A stretch of 64,000 nucleotides of DNA from Rhodospirillaceae bacterium (GTDB lineage: Bacteria > Pseudomonadota > Alphaproteobacteria > UBA6615), in NCBI GenBank assembly GCA_038117265.1, contig JAYOFO010000004.1, positions 18,816 to 82,815 on the forward strand. The letters run 5' to 3'. The notes under the pieces were generated by a model. That model worked only from the letters and a program-made list of their open reading frames with translations, searched no databases and had not been told where the DNA came from. This document shows positions 9,701-18,551 of the stretch, piece by piece. A program made the translations under genes and the position numbers. Positions within the stretch are counted from its first letter, which is position 1; each line of letters starts with the position of its first letter.

Positions 9701-10705
9701 TCAGCCCGCGATCTCGCGCGCCGCCTGCGCGACCCGGCCTGCGTCGGGCAGGTAGAGGCGCTCGAGCTCGGGCGAGAAGGGCACCGGCGTGTGCGGCGCG
9801 GTGACCTGGCGAATGGGCGCCTCGAGGCGCTCGAAGGCCTGGCCGGCGACTAGGGCGGCCACATCGGCGGCGATCGAACAGCGCGGATTGGCCTCGTCGA
9901 CGATGACGAGCCGGCCCGTCTCCTCGACGCTTTCGATGATGGTCTCTTCGTCGAGCGGCGAGGTGGTGCGCAGGTCGATCACCTCGGCCTCGATGCCGTC
10001 CGCCGCGAGTTGCTCGGCGGCCTTGGCCGCGACTCGCACCATCCGGCCCAGCGCGACGATGGTGACGTCGCCGCCCTCGCGCACGATGTTCGCCTCGCCG
10101 AAGGGGATCGTATAGGCCTCGTCGGGCACCTCGTCGGCCACGTCGTACATCGCCTTGTGCTCGAAGAAGATGACCGGGTCGTCGTCGCGAATGGCCTGGA
10201 TCAGCAGCCCCTTGGCATCGTAGGCGTTGCACGGGACCACGACCTTGATGCCCGGCACGGCGGTGAACATCCCGTACAGGCATTGCGAATGCTGGGCCGC
10301 GGCGCCCAGCCCGCCGCCATACATGTTGCGCACCACCAGCGGGGTCCGGGCCTTGCCGCCGAACATGTAGCGGAACTTGGCCGCCTGGTTGAGGATCTGG
10401 TCGAAGCACACGCCCATGAAGTCGCAGAACATGAGCTCGGCCACGGGGCGCAGCCCTGTCGCCGCGGCGCCGGCGGCCATGCCCATGATTGCCGTCTCGC
10501 TGATGGGCGTGTCGATCACGCGCGGTGCACCGAACGCACCATACAACCCCTTGGTGACGCCCATGACGCCGCCGAAGGCGTCCTCCTCGCCGTCGAGCCC
10601 GGCGCCGCCGGCCACGTCTTCGCCGATCACGACCACGGCGGGGTCGCGCGCCATCTCGAGGCGCAGCGCCTCGTTGATCGCCTCACGGATGGTTTTCTTC
10701 GCCAT
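9701..10705 (-). CDS. acoB: TPP-dependent acetoin/2-oxoacid dehydrogenase E1 beta subunit
   Basis: 334 aa; transketolase-like pyrimidine-binding and C-terminal domains typical of E1 beta. RBS GGAGCG. Confidence 0.7.
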   Translation of the reverse strand: MAKKTIREAINEALRLEMARDPAVVVIGEDVAGGAGLDGEEDAFGGVMGVTKGLYGAFGAPRVIDTPISETAIMGMAAGAAATGLRPVAELMFCDFMGVCFDQILNQAAKFRYMFGGKARTPLVVRNMYGGGLGAAAQHSQCLYGMFTAVPGIKVVVPCNAYDAKGLLIQAIRDDDPVIFFEHKAMYDVADEVPDEAYTIPFGEANIVREGGDVTIVALGRMVRVAAKAAEQLAADGIEAEVIDLRTTSPLDEETIIESVEETGRLVIVDEANPRCSIAADVAALVAGQAFERLEAPIRQVTAPHTPVPFSPELERLYLPDAGRVAQAAREIAG

Positions 10706-10718
10706 CGGTTCGCTCCGC

Positions 10719-11687
10719 TCAGTAGCTGACGTAGACGTCGGTGGTGAGGTCCGCTGCGGAAGGCGGGGGTGCGGCGCGTGCGGTCCTGACCGCATCGTCG
10801 ACCAGCTGGCGTGCCGCGGCCTGCACCTCGTCGAGCGCGGCCGCCTCGATCAGCCCGGCCTCGACCACGCGGGCCCGGAAGATGGCCAGGCAATCGTGTT
10901 CGGCGCGCAGCGCCTCGACCTCGCCCTTGGCGCGATAGGCCTGGGGGTCGCCCTGGAAGTGGCCGTAATAGCGCGGCGACAGCGCCTCGATGCCGGACGG
11001 GCCTTCGCCGTCGCGCGCCCGCGCGATGCAGGTGCGCATGGCGTCGTGCACCGCGAAGAAGTCGCGGCCGTCGACCTTCTCGACGGGCATGCCGAACCCG
11101 GCCGCGCGTGCGGCGATGTCACGAGAGCCGACCGCATAGTCCACGCCGGTGCCCTTGCCGATGTAGTTGTTCTCGAACACGAACACGACCGGCAGCTTCA
11201 GGACGACGGCCATGTTCATGGATTCGAAGACCGCGCCCTGGTTGGTCGCCCCGTCGCCGAAGAAACCGACGGCGACGCCGCCGGTCCCCAGGGTCTTCGC
11301 CGTCAGGGCGGCGCCGACGATGAGCGGTGCGCCGGCGCCCACGATCCCGTTCGCGCCGAGCATGCCCTTGTCGAGGTCGGCGATGTGCATCGACCCGCCC
11401 TTGCCGCCGCACAGGCCGCCCTTGCGGCCGAACAACTCGAGCATCATGCCCTCGACGTCGCAGCCCTTGGCGATGTAGTGCCCGTGTCCGCGATGGGTGC
11501 TGCCGATCACGTCGGTGTCGGAAAGATCGAGGCAGGCGCCCACCGCGATCGCCTCTTCGCCGGCATAGAGATGGACGAAGCCCGGCATATCTCCGGTCGC
11601 GAACTCGCTCGCGACGCGTTCCTCAAATTCGCGGATCGTCACCATGGAACGCCAGGCGGCGATCAAATCGTCGCGACCGATCTGCAT
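10719..11687 (-). CDS. acoA: TPP-dependent acetoin/2-oxoacid dehydrogenase E1 alpha subunit
   Basis: 322 aa; TPP-binding GDGATNQG ... NN motif. RBS AGGAGGAGAGC. Confidence 0.7.
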   Translation of the reverse strand: MQIGRDDLIAAWRSMVTIREFEERVASEFATGDMPGFVHLYAGEEAIAVGACLDLSDTDVIGSTHRGHGHYIAKGCDVEGMMLELFGRKGGLCGGKGGSMHIADLDKGMLGANGIVGAGAPLIVGAALTAKTLGTGGVAVGFFGDGATNQGAVFESMNMAVVLKLPVVFVFENNYIGKGTGVDYAVGSRDIAARAAGFGMPVEKVDGRDFFAVHDAMRTCIARARDGEGPSGIEALSPRYYGHFQGDPQAYRAKGEVEALRAEHDCLAIFRARVVEAGLIEAAALDEVQAAARQLVDDAVRTARAAPPPSAADLTTDVYVSY

Positions 11688-11770
11688 GCTCTCCTCCTGC
11701 GATGTTCAGGCCCGTTAAACACCCGCAGGACGCGTGCGCAGAAACGGATTTCACGCAGGGGAGACGCGCG

Positions 11771-11800
11771 CAACGAAAAAGGGCGGCCCGGGGGCCGCCC
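11771..11800 (-). terminator. Rho-independent terminator/attenuator between dctP and acoA, read on the minus strand
   Basis: Minus-strand GGGCGGCCC-cc-GGGCCGCCC followed by TTTTT, about 30 nt after the dctP stop and about 80 nt before acoA. Confidence 0.5.
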
Positions 11801-11826
11801 TCATCCGTATCCCGTTGCCGGGAACT

Positions 11827-12918
11827 TTAGTTGATCGTGTACTTGTGGACCGGCTTCGCGCCATTGGCGATGGAGAGCTCCATCAGGCGCTTGAAGGTTG
11901 CCTTGCCCGGAACGCCCTGGGCCTCATACTCGGCAGCCTTCTCGTTGACCCACGGCTCGATCGCACGGGCCATCTTGCCACGCTCCTCGTCGCCCAGGTC
12001 GCGGACGGTCACGCCCTGCTTCTTGAGGTTCTCGAGAGCGGAGGTGAACTTCGCCACGCCCTCGTCCTCGACAGCGACGTTGTAGACCTGGGTCTCTTCC
12101 ATGATGATCTTCTTCACGGAGTCAGGCAGCTTCGCCCAGGTGTCGTTGTTGACGGTCACCGGGTAGGCGACGACCGAGCCCCAGCCCATGGTCGTGTAGT
12201 ACTTCGCGACCTCGCCGAACTTGAAGCCGAAATACGGCGCCGGGAAGATCACGACGCCCGAGAACACGCCGGACTGCAGCGCGTTGTAGACCTCGTTCAG
12301 GTTGGTCTGGACCTTCGCGGCACCGGCATAGTCGAGCCAGGGGAGGTTCGGACCGGCCGCACCGATCTTCACGCCCTTGAGCTCTTCCATCTTGGTCCAC
12401 GGGAACTTGGTGCCCAGGCCGTAATCGTCGAACGCGCCGTTCGCGATGTAGGTCTGGTTATAGTTGTCCGAGAAGACCTTGTAGAAGTAGTCGAACTCCT
12501 TGTGGATCTGACGCGTGGTCGGACCCATGATCTTCGGATCGCCCGAGATGAACGGATTGAAGTAGTTCAGATTGTGCACGAAGAGCTTCGTCGGCTCGAA
12601 GCACGAGCACATCGCGCCGATGTCGACGAGGCCCTTCTGGGTCGATTCCAGGACCTCGAAGAGGTTGGCGATCGTGCCGCCGTAGCCCTCGATGAAGCGG
12701 ACCGTATGGTCCGTCTCGGCCGCCACGCGCTTGGTGACGTTCGGCACAAAGGTCTTGTTGAGCTGGTTCACGGAGGCGAGCGGCGCGGCCGGATGGCCTG
12801 CGGCGATGCGCAGCGTGAAGCTGTCGGCGGATGCCGTCGCGGAGAGCAACATTGTCGCTCCGACGGCGATGGTGGCCGCGGCAATGACGCCGCGTGCCTT
12901 GTTGAAACGAAACTTCAT
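11827..12918 (-). CDS. dctP: TRAP transporter substrate-binding protein (DctP family), paralog 1
   Basis: 363 aa; signal peptide MKFRFNKARGVIAAATIAVGATMLLSATASA; DctP-family blocks shared with the two other SBPs in the window. RBS GGAGG. Confidence 0.75.
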   Translation of the reverse strand: MKFRFNKARGVIAAATIAVGATMLLSATASADSFTLRIAAGHPAAPLASVNQLNKTFVPNVTKRVAAETDHTVRFIEGYGGTIANLFEVLESTQKGLVDIGAMCSCFEPTKLFVHNLNYFNPFISGDPKIMGPTTRQIHKEFDYFYKVFSDNYNQTYIANGAFDDYGLGTKFPWTKMEELKGVKIGAAGPNLPWLDYAGAAKVQTNLNEVYNALQSGVFSGVVIFPAPYFGFKFGEVAKYYTTMGWGSVVAYPVTVNNDTWAKLPDSVKKIIMEETQVYNVAVEDEGVAKFTSALENLKKQGVTVRDLGDEERGKMARAIEPWVNEKAAEYEAQGVPGKATFKRLMELSIANGAKPVHKYTIN

Positions 12919-13347
12919 TTGGGAGCCTCCCGTAGTCAATTGATTCGCTTTGCAAAACGACGTTGAGCCCAGCCGACGTTGATTTCGCCGATCACGTGCC
13001 CCTGTCGGGAGGAGAACAAAGCAGTTCTGGCCGACAAAAGCTAGCCGTTATCACGGAATTGTAGGGCTCAGCGGTCATGCGGTTCGGTCCGTCTCCCTGT
13101 TCCGAGTGCCCTCCAGATCGGGGACAGTTCGGCAGCTTCGAGAGTGGACGCGAATTGTGGCGATACCTTCACGCGGGTTTGATGTGTTGCGGGCGATTTC
13201 GTGCCGAAAAAATGACGAATCGCGCCCATCCCTCAGTTTACACACGTTTCCAGTCTGGTAACTTCGCATCGGCCCGAATGGGAACGGCAAACGATTCGCT
13301 AAGAACGAGGCCGGTGCGCCACACCGGACCGGGCAGGGAGAAACTGG

Positions 13348-13887
13348 ATGGTCGACAACCTTGTTAACACCGTCACGCGCGTATGCAGCACGATTGCTGC
13401 GTTCTGGGCGATGGCGCTGGCGTTCCTCATTCTCTGGGACATCTCGGGCCGGACGTTCTTCAACGCGCCGTTCGACGGGACGATCGAGATCGTTGCCAAT
13501 TCGATGGTCTCTATCCTGTTCCTGCAGCTGCCCTACACGATCTACCGCGGCGCGCATCTGCGCACGACGGTTATCTATCAGAACCTTGGCGACCTTCCGC
13601 GGCGCCTGATCGACATCTTCGTCGCACTGCTCGGAATCTGGTTCTTCTGGTCGGTCGCGGTAGGCGGCTGGGAAGACATGGTCATCGGCTGGGGCGTCGA
13701 CGAGCGCGAGGGCGAGGGCTCAATCCGCGTGCCGATCTATCCGGTCCGCACCCTGATCATCGTGTTCGCGCTGGTCTCGCTGATCGTCTATGTGGTTCTG
13801 CTCTGGCACCACATCTTCGGCACCTCGCCGATCACCGACGAGGAAGAGGGCAAGACCGAAGAGGCGATTTCCGGCGCGCAGATGTAG
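13348..13887 (+). CDS. dctQ: TRAP transporter small permease (DctQ)
   Basis: 179 aa, 4 predicted TM helices, directly upstream of dctM. RBS GGGAGAAAC. Confidence 0.7.
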   Translation: MVDNLVNTVTRVCSTIAAFWAMALAFLILWDISGRTFFNAPFDGTIEIVANSMVSILFLQLPYTIYRGAHLRTTVIYQNLGDLPRRLIDIFVALLGIWFFWSVAVGGWEDMVIGWGVDEREGEGSIRVPIYPVRTLIIVFALVSLIVYVVLLWHHIFGTSPITDEEEGKTEEAISGAQM

Positions 13888-13968
13888 CGCGCCTCCAGGG
13901 ACAAACAACAATCTTCAGTACCGGCCGCATCCGGCCAGGGAACCGAATGGGACGGGGGACGTAATCAA

Positions 13969-15312
13969 ATGGAACCGACTTCAGCCGTAATCCTGATGCT
14001 GATCGTGCTGATCATCGCTGTGGTGGTCGGCATTCACATCGGTCTTTCGCTGGGAATCACGGCGCTTGTCGGCACCTGGCTCATGTTCGGCTCGTACGAA
14101 CTCGCGGCGGGCCAGGTCGGCAGCACTTCCTTCTTTGCGCTGCGGAACTTCGTGTTCGCGGTGATCCCGCTCTTTGTGCTGATGGGCGAATTCGTCAGCA
14201 GATCGGGATCGGCTGGCGACCTCTACCGGGTCATGAACTTCGGCCTGAATCGCATTCCGGGGCGCCTCGCGGTGGCGACCGTGGCCGGTAACGCGGTATT
14301 CGCGGCCGTCACGGGCACCAGCCTCGCATCCGCCGCGGCGTTCTCGCGTCTGGCCTATCCGGAGATGATCAACGCCGGCTACAGCCGCAAGTACGCGCTC
14401 GGCTCGGTGGCCGGCAGCGCCTGCCTCGGGATGCTGATCCCGCCGTCGGTGCTGCTGATCATCTGGGGCATCGTCACCGAAATCTCGATCGGCTTCCTGT
14501 TCCTCGCCGGCATCTTACCCGGTATCCTGCTGGCCTTCTTCATGGCGTTCTACTGTTCGGGCGTTGCGGTCGTCAGCCCGAAGACGGCGCCGACGGTCGA
14601 TCTTTCGACGGAGAAACTCACAAGCCAGGAGGTCATCAGCGGCTGTGGCGTCATCTTCCTGATCCTCGCCGTACTCGGATCGATCTGGGCCGGGCTGGCC
14701 ACGCCGTCCGAGGCGGCGGCGCTCGGCGCCCTGTTCGGCCTGATCCTGGCGCTCATCAAGGGCGTGCGCTGGGATGGCATCCGCGAGGCGATCATCGATT
14801 CCGGCAAGGTCATCGCGCCGATCCTGTTCCTGCTGCTCACCGCGCAGATGTATGCGCGGCTGCTGACGACAGGCGGCATCGTCAATCTGATCACCGACAC
14901 GGTCGGCGGTGCGGGCATCGACCCGAACGTCGCCGTGCTGATCATGATCGTGATCTGGCTGGTGCTGGGCACGCTGCTGGATTCCGGCTCGATCATCCTG
15001 CTGACGGTGCCGATCTTCTGGCCGATCGCGCAGAACTTTGGCTACAACGAGTACGCCTTCGCGATCATGGGTATCCTGGCGATCGAGGCCGGGCTGCTGA
15101 CGCCGCCGGTCGGGTTGCTCGTCTATGCGGTCAAGGGCTCGGTGGCCGACAGCACGGTGCAGCTGGGAGAAATCTTCGCCGGCTCGGTGCCGTACTGGCT
15201 GCTGATCCTGGTCGTCATGCTGATCGTGTGGATTCTTCCCGACATCGCGACCATCCCGATCACCTGGAGCTCGGGGATCGAGTTCACTCACCAGATCGGG
15301 ATCAAGTTCTGA
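13969..15312 (+). CDS. dctM: TRAP transporter large permease (DctM)
   Basis: 447 aa polytopic membrane protein with DctM family blocks. Confidence 0.8.
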   Translation: MEPTSAVILMLIVLIIAVVVGIHIGLSLGITALVGTWLMFGSYELAAGQVGSTSFFALRNFVFAVIPLFVLMGEFVSRSGSAGDLYRVMNFGLNRIPGRLAVATVAGNAVFAAVTGTSLASAAAFSRLAYPEMINAGYSRKYALGSVAGSACLGMLIPPSVLLIIWGIVTEISIGFLFLAGILPGILLAFFMAFYCSGVAVVSPKTAPTVDLSTEKLTSQEVISGCGVIFLILAVLGSIWAGLATPSEAAALGALFGLILALIKGVRWDGIREAIIDSGKVIAPILFLLLTAQMYARLLTTGGIVNLITDTVGGAGIDPNVAVLIMIVIWLVLGTLLDSGSIILLTVPIFWPIAQNFGYNEYAFAIMGILAIEAGLLTPPVGLLVYAVKGSVADSTVQLGEIFAGSVPYWLLILVVMLIVWILPDIATIPITWSSGIEFTHQIGIKF

Positions 15313-15339
15313 CCGGTCTGGCGGCAAACAGCCGACAGT

Positions 15340-15374
15340 AAAACGGCGGCGTCCGGTGCGGACGCCGCCGTTTT
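15340..15374. terminator. Bidirectional rho-independent terminator
   Basis: AAAACGGCGGCGTCC-ggtgc-GGACGCCGCCGTTTT. Confidence 0.65.
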
Positions 15375-15401
15375 GCGTTTGGGCCCTGCAATGCGGGTGG
15401 C

Positions 15402-15878
15402 TTAGCCGTTGCGCTCCGTGGCCACGCGCTCGATCGCGTCGACGATGGCCTGGTATCCGGTGCAGCGGCAGTAGTTGCCAGAGATGAATTCGCGGATTTC
15501 ATCGCGCGACGGTTTGGGGTTCTTCGCCAGGAGTTCCTCGGCCGTCAACAGCATGCCCGGCGTGCAGAAGCCGCACTGGACGGCGTTGCGCTCGTGGAAG
15601 GCCTGCTGCAGGTCGGCGATCTCGCCGCTGTCGGAACGGCCCTCGATCGTCTCCACCACGGCGCCGTCGGCCTGCGCGGCCAGGGTCAGGCAGCCGCGCA
15701 CGATCTGGCCGTCAACGCGGATCGTGCACGCCCCGCACACGCCGTGCTCGCAGCCGACATGGCTGCCGGTCAGCTCGAGTTCGTAGCGCACGAAGTCCAC
15801 CAGGCTGGTCCGGGCGGGAATCCGCCGGCTGACCTGCTGGCCGTTGACGGTGAGGGTGATGTCGACATTCTGGTCCAT
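15402..15878 (-). CDS. (2Fe-2S)-binding small subunit of a xanthine dehydrogenase/CODH family enzyme (CoxS-like), orphan
   Basis: 158 aa; CEHGVCGACT and CGFCTPG ... CRCTGY cluster motifs. Confidence 0.8.
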   Translation of the reverse strand: MDQNVDITLTVNGQQVSRRIPARTSLVDFVRYELELTGSHVGCEHGVCGACTIRVDGQIVRGCLTLAAQADGAVVETIEGRSDSGEIADLQQAFHERNAVQCGFCTPGMLLTAEELLAKNPKPSRDEIREFISGNYCRCTGYQAIVDAIERVATERNG

Positions 15879-15895
15879 CGTTCGTCTCCGTCGGC

Positions 15896-16750
15896 TCAGG
15901 CCGCGAACTGGGCGAGCGCGCGCTTCGTCAGCACGCGTGCCAGGTGCATCTTCATCTCGGCCGGACCATTGAGGTCGGCCATCGGGTCGAGGTCGTCGTC
16001 GAGCGCGTCCTGCGCGGCCTTGAGCGTCGCCTCCTTGTTGGCCCGGCCGTTGAGGGCCGCCGCGGCATTCTCGGCGAGCATCGGACGGTCGCCCGCGCCG
16101 AAGAAGGACAGGCGCATGTCGGCGAAGCTGTCGCCGTCCAGCCGGCCCTGCACCGCCAGGCCGACGATGGCATAGTCACCGTGCCGTCGCGCCAGCTCCA
16201 TGAACGCCGTCCGCTCGCCGTCTGCGATGGCGGGGATCTCGGCGCCGACGAGGACCTCGCCGGGTTCCAGCGCCGTCTCGAACAGCCCCAGGAAGAAGTC
16301 GTTGGCGTGCACCGTGCGGGTGCCGGTGTGGCTCTGCAGGACCAGGCTGGCGTTCAGGGCCCGGGCCACGGCGGGCAACTCGGCCGCCGGGTCCGCGAAT
16401 GCGATCGAGCCGCCGAAGGTTCCCCGGTTGCGGATCGCGTGGTGCGCAACATGCGGCATCGCGGCGCTGATCAGCGGAGCGAGTTCGCGCACCTCGGCCG
16501 ATTCCATGACCTGGTTGTGGCGCGCCAGCGCGCCGATGCGCAGCGTCGTGCCGTCGGTGGAGATGTGCGCGAGGTCCGAAAGGCCGGTGATGTCGATCAG
16601 CACGGTCGGCGCGGACAGGCGCATGTTGAGTGTCGCCATCAGGCTCTGTCCGCCGGCGAGAATGCGGGCGTCGTCGCCGTGCTGGTCGAGCAGCGCGAAG
16701 ACCTGTTCGAGGGTCTCGGCACGCACATAGGCGAATGGTGCGGGTTTCAA
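15896..16750 (-). CDS. FAD-binding subunit of a xanthine dehydrogenase/CODH family enzyme (CoxM-like), orphan
   Basis: About 284 aa from TTG (LKPAPFAYVRAETLEQ), preceded by AGGGAG. ILAGGQSL and GTFGGSIA FAD motifs. No Moco large subunit adjacent. Confidence 0.7.
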   Translation of the reverse strand: MKPAPFAYVRAETLEQVFALLDQHGDDARILAGGQSLMATLNMRLSAPTVLIDITGLSDLAHISTDGTTLRIGALARHNQVMESAEVRELAPLISAAMPHVAHHAIRNRGTFGGSIAFADPAAELPAVARALNASLVLQSHTGTRTVHANDFFLGLFETALEPGEVLVGAEIPAIADGERTAFMELARRHGDYAIVGLAVQGRLDGDSFADMRLSFFGAGDRPMLAENAAAALNGRANKEATLKAAQDALDDDLDPMADLNGPAEMKMHLARVLTKRALAQFAA

Positions 16751-16914
16751 CCGTTTTCTCCCTGGGTACGACCTGTATCCTTCGACGTCCGGACTTCGTA
16801 GTCGGCCCGGCACAGATGTTTTCTAGCCAACTCCCGCCGGTGCGTCTATCCGCCCCGGGAGCGAGCGCATATATCTTAGCGCCCCCGTTACCCGAATACA
16901 CTCAGGAGTTCCCC

Positions 16915-17385
16915 ATGGCCGTTGCGAACGCGAACGTGAAAGTGAATAAGGCCGTCTACAACCTCGTCGGCAAGACGGTGTCCCATGCGCGCACCGACGT
17001 TTCAGTGCGCGACGTGACGGTGGTGACGGACGAACCGCTCGAGCGCGGCGGCACCAACGTCGCGGCGTCGCCGACCGAAACGATGATCGCGGCGCTGGTC
17101 GGGTGCACGAACAACGTCGCGACCCGCATCGCACACCACAAGGGACTCGAATTCGAGATCGAGACCATCGAGGCGGAGGTCGAGTTCGACCGTCGCGGCG
17201 TCATCCTGGAAGAGGACATTGCCGTTCCGTTTCCCAGCATCAAGCTCACCATCAACGTCCGCGCGACCGCGACACCGGAGCAGCTTGCCGAGGTGGAGGG
17301 CCTGCTGCCGATCTATTGCCCGGTCTCGAAGGTGTTCCAGGCCGCCGGCACCGATGTTACAGAAACCTGGAATGTGATCGACTGA
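16915..17385 (+). CDS. OsmC/Ohr family peroxiredoxin-like protein
   Basis: 156 aa; OsmC fold (MIAALVGCTNNV, LPIYCPVS). AGGAG RBS. Confidence 0.65.
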   Translation: MAVANANVKVNKAVYNLVGKTVSHARTDVSVRDVTVVTDEPLERGGTNVAASPTETMIAALVGCTNNVATRIAHHKGLEFEIETIEAEVEFDRRGVILEEDIAVPFPSIKLTINVRATATPEQLAEVEGLLPIYCPVSKVFQAAGTDVTETWNVID

Positions 17386-17402
17386 TTGCCGGAGGGCCGC
17401 CG

Positions 17403-18020
17403 ATGTCGCTGATCGTCTGGGGACGCCACACCTCATCCAACGTGCAGAAGGTCCTGTGGGGCTGTGTCGAAATGGGTGTCGACTTCGTCCGGCACGACAT
17501 GGCCGGCAAGTTCGGCTTCACTGACGACTATTTGACGATGAATCCGAACCGCTTCGTCCCCACGATCGACGATGACGGCTTCATCCTGTGGGAATCGAAC
17601 GCGTGCCTGCGCTATCTCGTGCGCAAGCACGGGCAGGGGACGCTGTGGCCGGAGGATCCGCAGGTGTGCGCCGATGCCGACCGCTGGATGGACTGGCAGA
17701 CGGCGACCTTCTGGCCGCATCTGCGGCCCGTGTTCCACGGGCTCATTCGCACGCCGCCCGAGAAGCGGAACATGGATGCGATCGACCAGGGAGTGAAGGC
17801 CGCCGGCGAGGCCAGCGCCGTCCTGGACGCCGCGCTCGCGGGCCGCAGATTCGTCGCCGGCGACGAATTCACCATGGGCGATATCCCGATCGGCGGCGTG
17901 ATCTATCGTTGGTATGCGATGGACATCGCGCGGCCGGACCGGCCGAACATTCGCGCCTGGTACGAGCGCCTGACCGAACGGCCGGGCTTCGCCGAACACA
18001 TCATGATCCCGCTGGAGTAG
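17403..18020 (+). CDS. Glutathione S-transferase
   Basis: 205 aa; GST N- and C-domains (SSNVQKVLW, FVPTIDDDGFILWESNA). Confidence 0.7.
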   Translation: MSLIVWGRHTSSNVQKVLWGCVEMGVDFVRHDMAGKFGFTDDYLTMNPNRFVPTIDDDGFILWESNACLRYLVRKHGQGTLWPEDPQVCADADRWMDWQTATFWPHLRPVFHGLIRTPPEKRNMDAIDQGVKAAGEASAVLDAALAGRRFVAGDEFTMGDIPIGGVIYRWYAMDIARPDRPNIRAWYERLTERPGFAEHIMIPLE

Positions 18021-18498
18021 CGGCGCGCGCGTTCAACTGCGCCTGGCGTTCGCGGATCGGCTCGGGCCAGCGAGACTTGATGTAGGCGAGCACGGCCCAG
18101 ATGTCGGCGTCGGGCAACACCCCGTCATAGACGGGCATGTCGGTGGGAACCGGCTGCCCGACGAGGGCTGCGACACCGTACTTGGTGATGTCGAACAGCG
18201 TCCGGTCGTCATGGTGCCAGGTGTGGCCCGACGCATCGTGGGGCGGTGCGGGCAGTTTCCCGTCGGGCTGGCGCTGACGCCAGTCCGGCTGGCCCTCGAG
18301 GTTCGCCCCGTGGCAACTGGCGCACTGGCCGGCATAGACGGTCGCGCCGCGGGCCACCAGGGCGGCATCGCCCGCATCCGCACCGGCCACGCCCCCCGGG
18401 TCTTTGCCCGATGCTGCCAGGTACACCACGGCCGCGATGGTTGCAGCCGCGATGGTGGCGGGTACGAGAAGTTGGCGCGGTTCGAATCGTGCGAGCAT
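18001..18498 (-). CDS. Membrane-anchored mono-heme c-type cytochrome
   Basis: 165 aa; N-terminal TM helix; CASCHG heme-binding motif. Confidence 0.7.
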   Translation of the reverse strand: MLARFEPRQLLVPATIAAATIAAVVYLAASGKDPGGVAGADAGDAALVARGATVYAGQCASCHGANLEGQPDWRQRQPDGKLPAPPHDASGHTWHHDDRTLFDITKYGVAALVGQPVPTDMPVYDGVLPDADIWAVLAYIKSRWPEPIRERQAQLNARAATPAGS

Positions 18499-18551
18499 GA
18501 AACGCTAGACATACTGGTTCCAGCCGCTGGAAGGTCAAGCGGTCAGGCTGC

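Noticed and set aside
8365-10409. Arg-rich 432-aa ORF and the 610-aa composite ORF over the aco region
   Set aside because: The 610-aa ORF is AcoC with an upstream in-frame read-through into acoB. The 432-aa ORF is an antisense shadow with polybasic low-complexity composition.
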